From: a virus
Strand: one strand, 5' to 3'
Virus record (IMG/VR): IMGVR_UViG_3300009104_001476
Length of the DNA: 64,000 nucleotides
Each line of letters begins with the position of its first letter. Position 1 is the stretch's first letter. Under the pieces are notes generated by a model, which saw only the letters and a program-made list of their open reading frames with translations, searched no databases and was not told where the DNA came from. Below, in pieces: positions 40,068 to 49,279 of this stretch. Both the position numbers and the translations under genes were made by a program.

Positions 40068-42305
40068 ATGAAACCATTAGAGAAAAGACAAACCCTTAAA
40101 ACCAGCGGCATCCAAAAGTCTGTTAGCTTTGGAATCAAGCAGTCTGGCATCCACCACGTTCTAGGCATCTTGCGTGACCAACTTTATTCAGACAAGGTTC
40201 TTGCAATTATTCGTGAGTATTCTACCAATGCGGTTGACGCTCATATTGAAGCGGGAAATGCGGATCGTCCTATCGAAGTAACTTTCCCAACTAAATTAAA
40301 GCCAGTATTCAAGGTTCGTGACTTTGGTGATGGTCTTACAGAGCAAGAGATTCAAGACGTTTACGCTTTTTACGGTGAATCCACCAAACGTAATAGTAAC
40401 GACTGTACGGGTATGCTAGGTATCGGCTCAAAGTCTGCTTTCTCATACGGAGACAATTTCGTTATTAATTCTTTCGTAAAAGGTAAGAAGATTACTTACA
40501 ACGCCTTTATTGATCCGTCTCAAGTCGGCCAGATTTCCAAGCTGTCTGAAGAAGATACTGATGAAGAAGATGGTATTGAAATTTCTGTACCTGTTCGTGA
40601 GGATGATTGTCAGGAGTTCCTAGACAAAGGCAAGACTCTGTTTGAGTGGTTCTCCGTCCGTCCTAATGTGAAAGGTTGTAATCCTTTCGAGTATAAGGAC
40701 TCAAAAGTTTTATTTTCTGGTGATAATTGGGAGTGGAGAGATGTAGTGAGTGACAGGTATCACAGTTATCGTAGTCGTCATGGCGAGTTGACTGTTGTTA
40801 TGGGCAACATTGGATACCCTGTTGATTCCTCCGACTTGAATTTATCTTATGATGATAAAATTTCTCATCTTGTGTCGGAGAATTTGGTTTTGCGTGTGCC
40901 TATTGGAGATGTAGAGATTTCTGCTTCACGGGAAAAGTTACAGTTTACTGATTATACTCGTAAAAAGTTGAAGATGCACCTTCAAACGGTTCGTGAAGAA
41001 CTTTCTAGTACGATTAGCAAGCAGTTCAAAGTGTGTAACACCTTGTTTGAAGCGAAATGTTTATATGGCAGTACGTTCCGTACAGATTCGCCTTTGTATG
41101 CTTTAAGGGATGTTATTAAAGATCATCTTGTATGGAATGGTAAAACGGTAGATGGAGACTCCTACAACACTTACGGTACAGGTGGAGCAACTACGGTAAG
41201 GTTTAAGAAAAGTTATCGTGGTGAGCGTTACAAAAGTGACGAATGTGGCTCGTTCTCTTGCGATAAGAATTTGGTTCTTATCGAAAATGATATAGGGCAT
41301 CGTCGTGGAATGATGGGTAGGATTTTACCTATCATCCACAATCAGAAGAAAACTCCTGTCATGCTTGAGTTCCAATCTTTTTCTGACGGTGATAAAATCA
41401 TCAAAGCTGATAAGGTTCGTGCTAATTGGATTAAAAAGGAAAAATTCGATGGCACTCTTGTGAAGTTGTCGGAGTTGCCAAAGCATAAGATGAGTGAGTT
41501 CGTTGGTTATCAACGGAGTGCTTCCACTACCTCTGGAGGGGTTAAGAATGGTAAACATTCTGCAAAGTTATTTGAGCTTGATATAGTTACCGAAAGAAGG
41601 GGTTGGCATAGTCCAAAATCTGACTTTTGGAACATTGCGGAAGTAGACATGGATAACGGTGGAGTATTTGTAATTATTGACAAATTCAATGCTTTGAGAG
41701 GGTTGTCCGATGAGTGTGCTAGTCAACTTATCAATAAAGTTAAAGACTTAAAAGCTATTGGAGTTAAGGTTCCTAAAGTCTACGCAGTTAAGATTAAACA
41801 ACGTAGTCAGTTAGAGGGTAAAAAAGGTTGGCAGAATTTTTATGATTTTGCCAAGGAAAAAACCCTAGAGAAGTTAAACGAAGGTTCTTTAACTCAATCT
41901 TACGTCGATTACAAGTCTGCTACGGACTTTACTGGAAATCGTGAAGATGCTTGGGGTTCATATAAATCTGAAGCGTTGGAAATGTTACTGAAAGGATTGC
42001 CTCAACTAGCAGACAAAGAAGGAACGATAGCCACTTTCTTAACTAATTACCAGTTGATGAAATCGGCCAATGGTAAAGCCAAACAGTTGCAGAAATTGGT
42101 GGAGGTAGCGAACGAATATACTGACATTAAAAAGTTAAAGATTAAACCTACTTACGATCTAAAACAAGAGTTTAAGACCGTGATTGAAAAGTATTCGATG
42201 CTGAAGCACCTTGATTCTCATGGTTGGAGATGGAATAATACCAAGGAAATTCAAAGCGATGTCATTAATTACATTAACGTCATTGACCTTTGCAACAAGA
42301 GTTAG
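40068..42305 (+). CDS. rIIA: rIIA-like protein (N-terminal GHKL ATPase)
   Basis: LYSDKVLAIIREYSTNAVDAH, VRDFGDG, STKRNSN, GMLGIGSKS. Confidence 0.85.
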   Translation: MKPLEKRQTLKTSGIQKSVSFGIKQSGIHHVLGILRDQLYSDKVLAIIREYSTNAVDAHIEAGNADRPIEVTFPTKLKPVFKVRDFGDGLTEQEIQDVYAFYGESTKRNSNDCTGMLGIGSKSAFSYGDNFVINSFVKGKKITYNAFIDPSQVGQISKLSEEDTDEEDGIEISVPVREDDCQEFLDKGKTLFEWFSVRPNVKGCNPFEYKDSKVLFSGDNWEWRDVVSDRYHSYRSRHGELTVVMGNIGYPVDSSDLNLSYDDKISHLVSENLVLRVPIGDVEISASREKLQFTDYTRKKLKMHLQTVREELSSTISKQFKVCNTLFEAKCLYGSTFRTDSPLYALRDVIKDHLVWNGKTVDGDSYNTYGTGGATTVRFKKSYRGERYKSDECGSFSCDKNLVLIENDIGHRRGMMGRILPIIHNQKKTPVMLEFQSFSDGDKIIKADKVRANWIKKEKFDGTLVKLSELPKHKMSEFVGYQRSASTTSGGVKNGKHSAKLFELDIVTERRGWHSPKSDFWNIAEVDMDNGGVFVIIDKFNALRGLSDECASQLINKVKDLKAIGVKVPKVYAVKIKQRSQLEGKKGWQNFYDFAKEKTLEKLNEGSLTQSYVDYKSATDFTGNREDAWGSYKSEALEMLLKGLPQLADKEGTIATFLTNYQLMKSANGKAKQLQKLVEVANEYTDIKKLKIKPTYDLKQEFKTVIEKYSMLKHLDSHGWRWNNTKEIQSDVINYINVIDLCNKS

Positions 42306-42380
42306 ATTCGGTAGGTATTTGAGTGGTTTCGACTACTGAATCATTTAGAGGCGGCTTTTCTTTCGGGAGGAGTCGCCTCT
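42305..42380 (+). other. two consecutive hairpins after rIIA
   Basis: GATTCGGTAG/CTACTGAATC and AGAGGCGGCT/AGTCGCCTCT stems; no U-tract. Confidence 0.6.
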
Positions 42381-42665
42381 CTACTGTAAATTAATTTAAA
42401 ATTTTTTAAAAATTAGAGAAGATTATTATGAGTAAACAAGAAAACATAGACGGGGTACAGCTTGAGAAACTTCTTGCAAAGTACGAAAAAGAGTACGAGA
42501 GTATTATAGTGATGGATGATTATGATGGAGGCCGAAAAGAAGCCTTGAGAGTAGTCATAGAAGATTTGCATAAAAAAATGTGGTGGACAATTTAGAAAAT
42601 TTATTATTCCTTCTCTTGCGAGAAGAAAACTATTAAATTAATAATTATTAGGATTTGAAAAAATT

Positions 42666-43016
42666 ATGGAAAAACCAAAATTATCTTACTCAAGGCTGGA
42701 AGAAAAGCCATTACTATTTAATCAAGCAGCAATCGAAGCGGCAGTAGAGCATCTGAATAAACATGATGCTTATTACTATCAAGGTCTGCCAGAATTTGAA
42801 GCTGATGATAAATTTAAAGATTATTATATTCAAGAACACAATAGAGAACCAGAACAAGAAGATATTCAAAAGTATGTGGTAGATTTAATTATGGAGTGCG
42901 TAGAAGAAAACAAGAAAGAGCAGGAGAGAGTAGAGAAAAGTAAAGAGTCTTGTTCAAGGGTTAATATCTCACAAGGCCAAGAATATAATTCTAAAAAAAG
43001 AAAGAAAAAGGGTTGA
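42666..43016 (+). CDS. hypothetical protein
   Basis: ORF track. Confidence 0.6.
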   Translation: MEKPKLSYSRLEEKPLLFNQAAIEAAVEHLNKHDAYYYQGLPEFEADDKFKDYYIQEHNREPEQEDIQKYVVDLIMECVEENKKEQERVEKSKESCSRVNISQGQEYNSKKRKKKG

Positions 43017-43075
43017 CCCCGCTTTAACCATCTGTATAATAGAGAGAGTAAGCAGTTAAAGAAGGAAAAAATTAT

Positions 43076-43897
43076 ATGATACCATATATCTTAACCGAAA
43101 AGAGTCTAACGGTTGTAATCGAAGGCAAGGCTCATACTATGAACAACGATCACCCATCGTTTGAACGTGCTAAAGAAGCGTTAAAGGACGAGGAGTGGGA
43201 GCGTTTAGAAAACCTATTTGATGTATCGAAGGCAGTCGAAGACTATCTTGATTCAGATGCAGAAATCGAGGTAAAGGATGGAGCAGTATTCTACCAAGGT
43301 GAATCAGTTCACAACTTGGTCGTGGATAAGATTTTGAACTTCATGCGTAACAATGAGCCATATCAACCCTTGATTAAATTCCTTGGGAATATGATGGATA
43401 ACCCATCTCATCGTGCTATTGATGAGCTATACTCTTTCTTGGAGCATAAGGCGATGCCTATTACTCCTGACGGCAATTTCCTTGCCTACAAGGGTGTAAC
43501 CGATGATTTCAAGGACTTCCATACTCGTACCTTCTCCAATAAGGTTGGAGATGTGCTTGAAATGCGTAGGAATGGTGTGTGTGACGATGCTAACCTTGGT
43601 TGTTCGTCAGGATTCCATGCTGGTAGCTATGACTACGCTAAAGGGTATGCGAGTAACGGAGGCAATCTTATGATTGTTGAAATTAATCCAGCAGACGTTG
43701 TAAGCGTCCCTTATGATTGCAGTTGTCAGAAGTTGCGTACATCCAAGTATAAGGTTGTGGGTCATTACGAAACAGTTGATGCCCCGCCCTTAAATGAAGG
43801 TCTGAATACCGATTTTGGTGATTGGGATGAAGATTATAGTAGTGATTGGAATGAGGGTTACGAACAGGCCAAGAAGGACTTTGGGCTTGACGATTAG
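43076..43897 (+). CDS. rIIB: rIIB-like protein
   Basis: ITPDGNFLAYKGV, EMRRNGVCDD....CSSGFHAG, INPADVVSVP, KLRTSKY. Confidence 0.88.
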   Translation: MIPYILTEKSLTVVIEGKAHTMNNDHPSFERAKEALKDEEWERLENLFDVSKAVEDYLDSDAEIEVKDGAVFYQGESVHNLVVDKILNFMRNNEPYQPLIKFLGNMMDNPSHRAIDELYSFLEHKAMPITPDGNFLAYKGVTDDFKDFHTRTFSNKVGDVLEMRRNGVCDDANLGCSSGFHAGSYDYAKGYASNGGNLMIVEINPADVVSVPYDCSCQKLRTSKYKVVGHYETVDAPPLNEGLNTDFGDWDEDYSSDWNEGYEQAKKDFGLDD

Positions 43898-43936
43898 GAG
43901 AAAGTAATCTGCGTGTTGCTATACACGGGGGGAACA

Positions 43937-43986
43937 AAAACGAGGTCGTTGAGCTTGCCTTCAGCTTGATGGCCTCGTTTTATTTT
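43937..43986 (+). terminator. long-stem rho-independent terminator
   Basis: AAAACGAGGTCGTTGAGCT/AGCTTGATGGCCTCGTTTT plus T-run. Confidence 0.8.
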
Positions 43987-44020
43987 AAAATTATTTTAAA
44001 TTTAATATAATTCGAGAAAG

Positions 44021-44317
44021 ATGTTTAAAGCAAAACCATACGTTAAAGTAGGAACAGGGGAGTGGATTGCAATTATCCCCCGTCCTCCAAAATATGCCAC
44101 ACACGCCGTTCTAACGATGCACAACGATTTGAAGGAGAATGGTAAGCCCAAGACGGCAACTCTCCCCATACAGGATTTTGGGTGCTTTAAAGGGGTATCT
44201 GGGAGCTTTCACTATATCCGTATGGACAACAGGCGTAAGGTGCATGAGGAGTATAAAGAAAGTTGGAAATGGAACGGTAGAGAGGTCGAAGGCATAGAGC
44301 AACTATTAGAACAATAG
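44021..44317 (+). CDS. hypothetical protein
   Basis: ORF track, followed by terminator. Confidence 0.65.
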   Translation: MFKAKPYVKVGTGEWIAIIPRPPKYATHAVLTMHNDLKENGKPKTATLPIQDFGCFKGVSGSFHYIRMDNRRKVHEEYKESWKWNGREVEGIEQLLEQ

Positions 44318-44343
44318 AATTATTTAAAATTTTAATTAATTTG

Positions 44344-44371
44344 AACGGGGCATTTGCTCCGTTATTTTTTT
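44344..44371 (+). terminator. rho-independent terminator
   Basis: AACGGGGC/GCTCCGTT + T-run. Confidence 0.8.
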
Positions 44372-44622
44372 CATTTATTCCTTGCTTATACCCATGCTTA
44401 AACTATGTTGAAAGGTAGTTTGAGTGTCTTATTACATATACAAGAGACTCTTTTTAATATATGAATTAATAGGTATAAAAAATGGATGTAATTATTGTTA
44501 TTGGGGGAGCGTTACTGTTAATGTATATGTCTACCCCAAAGAGAGAAAGCGGAGAGGGAGGGACTAATGTGTCCATAAACGACTCAAAAGGTGATGATAA
44601 TAGCCTATTTAGTTGGTTCTTC

Positions 44623-45540
44623 TAGGTTGTCTGATATAGGAGGAAATATAGAGTAGAATAATAGGAGTAATCACTTATTATTATTATTGTGTGTATAAAC
44701 ATGGGTATGTGTAAAATTTATATTTAATTTAATATAATTATTTAAAACTTATTTATTTATTTTTAATTATGAAGATAGAAGCTAACAAGAAAAAAGATTT
44801 ATTTAAAATTTATGTCAATGCTGCTTTAAGCAATGTACGGGCATGGAATAAGAAAGTAAAGGGAACAAAATATGCTATCAATAAAAAAGATAGTTATTCA
44901 GATAAATTATTAAAAATTTATAGATATGCTAATGAGCATGAAGAATCTGACTATAACAGCGGCCCCCAATTATAAATAATATATTATAATTTAATTTAAT
45001 TATATTTAATTTTTGTAGGTTGTCTGATTTTCTCGAAATAAAGCACTTGACCCTCCTATAACTATATGTTATAATATATATGTTGATGGGGTAGGTCTCA
45101 TAGCATAGTGTGTGTTGTTCATAAGCGAAGTCCTCTGTCCTGCGAGTGTAGGATGGAGGATTTTCGTGTAAATATAGGTGATGAAACAACACTATGTATT
45201 TCTACGCTTGTCCATACTGCGCTCCGTGCGCCCAAGCTCATCTCTTTCTGTCGAAAGAGAAAGCGGTACAGTGTGGTTGTAAGCAGGGGTTCTTCAACAA
45301 AGATAAAGAATGTAAGAAACAAAAATATAAATGTAAAGAGGTTTGGAAATGCAGAAAATGTAAAGAGGTTTGGGTTGAGTCAGAAGAATTTTTAAAAGAG
45401 CAAAAAAGAAAAATAAAAGATGGATAATATAATAATAATTATTACATTGATAGTAGCTCCTTATTTATTTTGGAAAATATGGAATCGCTCCAAATGGTAG
45501 GTTGTAGGATTCGCTCGAAATAACCGTAGGTTGTAGGATT
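44623..45540. repeat. dispersed TAGGTTGT(C/A)(T/G)GAT repeats (4 copies) in AT-rich low-coding DNA
   Basis: 44623, 45015, 45497, 45526; the 45015 and 45497 copies extend to a 27-bp match ending CTCGAAATAA. Confidence 0.7.
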
Positions 45541-45684
45541 TTTGACTAAATAAATACAGGGGGTAGATTCTAGGTGATTTTAGGTGATTATTTACAATTA
45601 GATTGTTATAGGCAAAATTTTAAATAATTTTAAATAATTTTAGGCTTGTTTCAAATCTAACTATATATACTATAAAAGGACAAT

Positions 45685-45969
45685 ATGACTACTTCAAAAT
45701 CTCAAAGATCAAAAAAGAAAATAAATAAACGACCTAATGACAATAATCTTGTATTAAGATATGAAGATGCTTGGAATTATATCGTTAGCCATATGCCTTT
45801 ATGGAAGCAGGACATTGTAATAAACATGACTCCAGAAGAAGCTAAAGAAAAAGAAGTGCATGAACGTGCGAGTCAGATATTTGATGAGATGGCTAAAGAA
45901 GTGAGGAAGTTAGCTGAGTCAAATAGGAAGATTCCACCGCCTAAAGAGAACTGGTCAAAGCCCGAATGA
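45685..45969 (+). CDS. hypothetical protein
   Basis: ORF with upstream promoter and AAGGA. Confidence 0.65.
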   Translation: MTTSKSQRSKKKINKRPNDNNLVLRYEDAWNYIVSHMPLWKQDIVINMTPEEAKEKEVHERASQIFDEMAKEVRKLAESNRKIPPPKENWSKPE

Positions 45970-45982
45970 TTGTTACAATTAA

Positions 45983-46010
45983 ACCCGCCGCTCTGGCGGG
46001 TATTTTTTTT
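45983..46010 (+). terminator. rho-independent terminator
   Basis: ACCCGCC/GGCGGGT + T-run. Confidence 0.85.
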
Positions 46011-46055
46011 AAAAAATTATCTTGTTTTATTTTTAACTTTAATTAAAATGGATGT

Positions 46056-46385
46056 ATGCCAGTTAAGAAGAAAACGAAAAACAAAGACGGCTCCATACGA
46101 AAGAAAGGTTCGGGTCGTACAAAAGGTTCGGTTAGTTTTGTAGAGGTTAGTCTAGGAGACTTAAAACAATCTCTTGAGCCTTTGGGAGACAACGCCACTA
46201 TCCTTGTAGGACGTAAGTGGGTGGAAGGTCTTGAAATGGTGGGCATACGTTTATCTGCAAAGAAGTTAGACTCTTGCCAAGCTACCAGTAAAGGCAACAT
46301 CGAAGCAGCAACTACTTCAGTAGACATGAAGGTAGAGGACTTTGATAGTGATGATGAAGTAGGGATAGATGAAGTAGAATTTTAA
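46056..46385 (+). CDS. hypothetical protein (RKKGSGRTKGS basic motif)
   Basis: ORF with leaderless promoter. Confidence 0.7.
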   Translation: MPVKKKTKNKDGSIRKKGSGRTKGSVSFVEVSLGDLKQSLEPLGDNATILVGRKWVEGLEMVGIRLSAKKLDSCQATSKGNIEAATTSVDMKVEDFDSDDEVGIDEVEF

Positions 46386-46438
46386 ATAATTTTATTTTAT
46401 TCTTGTGTCTGTTTTAACTATGTGCATAATTGATAAAG

Positions 46439-47386
46439 ATGAGCGACAAAACCACTAAACTATTTCCTGACATTGTTGGTCAGGACAAAGCAAAGAAGAA
46501 ACTTATGTTCTTCCATCGAGGCTATAAAGCCTCTGGGATCATTCCACACCTTATGTTTATCGCACCCAAGGGATGCGGTAAGACCACTCTTGCCAAAGCT
46601 ATTGGTAAGAACCTTGAGGGTGAGAAGGGCAAGCCAAAGCGTTTCCTTGAGATCAACTGTTCTACTATCAAGAACGTGAAGCAGTTCTTCAATCAAGTAA
46701 TCGTACCTCACGTTGCGAATAAAGAATGTACCGTTCTTTTTGACGAAGCCAGCGAGCTTCCCAAGGATGTGACAATGATGTTACTGACCTGTCTGAACCC
46801 GAACGAGAACAATCGTAACGAGTTTGCGTATGAAGATTATGTTGTTGATTTCGATTTTCGTATCCACTCGTTTCTGTTCGCCACTACCGAAGCTCATAAG
46901 ATTTTCCATGCGTTGATGGATCGTTGCGAGCGTATTGATCTGGAGGAATACTCCTATAATCAGTTAGGCACGATCATCTCTCGTCAGATGAAAGGTATTA
47001 AGTTTGAGAAGGGCGTTCTTGAGGATGTCGCCACTATCCTGCGAGGCAACGCCCGTGCTGCTCAAAAGATGGCAAACAACATGAAATCCTACTTAAAGGT
47101 TAAGGGTTCTGATAAGTTTATGAACAAAGATTGGGAGATCATGCGTGACGAATTGGGCATCCTACCTTTAGGCGTGAATCGTATTGAGCTTATCGTGTTG
47201 AAGGCACTGAAGGAGAAAAAAGAATGTTCACTGACTCACCTTGCTGCCAAGACGGGGTTGACTCCTCAATGTCTGCGTCAAGATTTTGAGATGTACCTTC
47301 AGAAGATGAATCTGATGGAGATTACAACCAGTGGTCGTGCGCTTACCAAAACAGGGCATGAATACTTGGAGCGGGAGGATGTTTAA
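46439..47386 (+). CDS. ruvB: RuvB-like Holliday junction branch-migration AAA+ ATPase
   Basis: DIVGQ, APKGCGKTTLA, LFDEA, ATTE, LMDRC, RGNAR, C-terminal winged helix ending GRALT. Confidence 0.85.
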   Translation: MSDKTTKLFPDIVGQDKAKKKLMFFHRGYKASGIIPHLMFIAPKGCGKTTLAKAIGKNLEGEKGKPKRFLEINCSTIKNVKQFFNQVIVPHVANKECTVLFDEASELPKDVTMMLLTCLNPNENNRNEFAYEDYVVDFDFRIHSFLFATTEAHKIFHALMDRCERIDLEEYSYNQLGTIISRQMKGIKFEKGVLEDVATILRGNARAAQKMANNMKSYLKVKGSDKFMNKDWEIMRDELGILPLGVNRIELIVLKALKEKKECSLTHLAAKTGLTPQCLRQDFEMYLQKMNLMEITTSGRALTKTGHEYLEREDV

Positions 47387-47699
47387 AGTGATAGATCAAA
47401 CCTCATATAGTATTTATAAAGATATGGAGTTAGATACTGTAACCCGTTGGAGTGAAAATAATTGGAAATGTATAACTACAAATGGATTCTATTTAAATAT
47501 AAAAATTAAAGGCGGCACACTATATGCTGATTTAGCTGAAACAGAAAATGAGTTAGGATATAATGCAATGCCATTAATTAAATATGATAATAAAACTTTA
47601 AAGGAATGGGTTCTAAATAATAAAAAGGAAACATCATTTGAACAAATAAAAGAATTTATGAATTGGACTTGCGCTTCTGACAAAATATGGGATATTTAA
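47379..47699 (+). CDS. hypothetical protein
   Basis: ORF track. Confidence 0.55.
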   Translation: MFKVIDQTSYSIYKDMELDTVTRWSENNWKCITTNGFYLNIKIKGGTLYADLAETENELGYNAMPLIKYDNKTLKEWVLNNKKETSFEQIKEFMNWTCASDKIWDI

Positions 47700-47884
47700 C
47701 ACGATGAAAAATAAGAATAAAACATACTTGATTCAAGTAACTACCAAAGGAAATAAAGCTGAAGTCACTCAAGCAATGGAGGTGACAAGTAACGGATACG
47801 TTCCGACTGACAAACGTCAGGTTACTCGACAAGTGCTAAATAAGGCTTCTACATTCGTTACCAAGTAGCGAAATAAAGTAGAAC

Positions 47885-47931
47885 AGGCCGCCTACCCTTT
47901 CTGTCGTTCATCTGGGGGTGGGCGGTTTTTT
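47885..47931 (+). terminator. rho-independent terminator
   Basis: GCCGCCTACCC/GGGTGGGCGGT + T-run. Confidence 0.75.
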
Positions 47932-48102
47932 GTTAAATAGTCAAATAAAGGAGTGTAAATAAAGACAGTAAGATAATTTGCGGCAAGGCTAGGACGCTTG
48001 TTCCGAAATTATATTTTAGGCTGGATAAAGAATCTTATTATTATTAATTAGGTCATATTATAGCTTGCTTTCCATTCAACTATCTCTATAATAGGAGGAC
48101 AT

Positions 48103-48402
48103 ATGAAACAATTCAACACACCAACTATATTATTTATTATTGTATTTAGTATTTATTTTTTATGTGGATGTTCTTCTCCTAATACAGTGGAGTATCTTTC
48201 TCCGTCTATGAGAGGAGCTTTCGGCCCACCAGCTAAAAAGGTTGAAGATAAGTCGCCTTGGGGTGACTTGAATAAACAGTATATCAGACAGATGTGGGGT
48301 AGATTCCCGAACGGAAGGCCTTGGAAGGGATCTTATGCTAGGCCAAATCCGTGGAAACACTCATACAGAGACGATGTTTATTGGAGTTGGAATTTCAAAT
48401 AA
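48103..48402 (+). CDS. putative lipoprotein
   Basis: Hydrophobic signal ending LCGC; AGGAGG SD. Confidence 0.65.
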   Translation: MKQFNTPTILFIIVFSIYFLCGCSSPNTVEYLSPSMRGAFGPPAKKVEDKSPWGDLNKQYIRQMWGRFPNGRPWKGSYARPNPWKHSYRDDVYWSWNFK

Positions 48403-48441
48403 AAAACTTGCGTTTAGATTAACTACCCGTATAATGGGTAT

Positions 48442-48920
48442 AGTTCTTTGAGAGATTGACAATTTAAGTTGCGGAAACGCGACAACAATTTAAGCTGACG
48501 ACGGTTGGCTTAAGGGAATGGCTGAACAACCCTCCATCATAAGGGGTAAGGCATAGGGATACGTGTTAGAGTATAATCGTATGAGACACGTGTTTCTAGT
48601 AGACTGGTAAACTTGAACTGTATTGTGCACTGGTCTTGATGGTAATGCAGCAATCCATCTTCCCATTAATTTTGTGCGTGGTGCTGGGTTACAGGCCACG
48701 TAACAGGAAGAAACACAGGTTACCTCAACCGGAAGCGCGTAAGTATTCCTCGCGTCTGCAAAGGGAGAAGCAGCGGGTAACCAACGTGAGATCCCAAAAT
48801 TTCCGTAGTCCAAAATCAAAGGGCTACGGTTTCAACAAGGTCGGGAAAAACAAACGCAGTTGATGCGCCCGTTAAAGATGAGTTCACACCGAACGTGACC
48901 ATCGCCTTGTTATTTTTTTT
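48442..48920 (+). ncRNA. candidate large structured ncRNA (~480 nt), family unassigned
   Basis: Own promoter (TTGCGT 48408, TATAAT 48430), about 10 hand-found helices, ends in T8; no credible ORF. Confidence 0.7.
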
Positions 48921-48929
48921 GCCCTAATA

Positions 48930-48970
48930 GCACTTGGCACGAATCGTGCTGCCCGATTTCAACCAAGTGT
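48930..48970. repeat. 41-bp palindromic element, copy 1
   Basis: GCACTTGGCACGAATCGTGC-T-GCCCGATTTCAACCAAGTGT. Confidence 0.95.
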
Positions 48971-48981
48971 CAAGCGTAAAG

Positions 48982-48990
48982 TTATTCACA
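48982..48990 (+). promoter_or_regulatory. DnaA-box match TTATTCACA
   Basis: Matches TTWTNCACA. Confidence 0.55.
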
Positions 48991-49279
48991 CCTCAAAAAA
49001 TTTCTTAAAATCAACGAATTTCACACCGGAGAAAGTGGGGGTAAACAAGAAATTTTCAGGCATGATACCTCACAAAAGCAGGGCTTTCTTTCAAAACAAT
49101 TACCCCCTTTGTCGCTCATTAATTGCCATAATTGATTGACAAACTATTTTGCCGCTCATTTGTGATCGACAAAAAAATGCATCTAATGTGCATTTAATGC
49201 TTGTCACAGGCTTAACTATGCTTATAATGGTTATAACAGTTTGAGACATTAACACTAGAAAAAAGGAACTATATATATT

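Noticed and set aside
42305-43076. rIIA/rIIB pseudogene or intron
   Set aside because: Both ORFs are intact; rIIB has its own promoter and the intervening DNA holds ordinary small ORFs.
48490-48863. ORFs 48490..48819 (-) and 48636..48863 (+) as genes
   Set aside because: No start signals or recognisable motifs; they lie within the base-paired ncRNA candidate.
48442-48920. tmRNA or RNase P RNA
   Set aside because: No tRNA-like ends, T-loop/CCA or tag frame; no GAAAGUCC or AGAACCCGGCUUA RNase P signatures.
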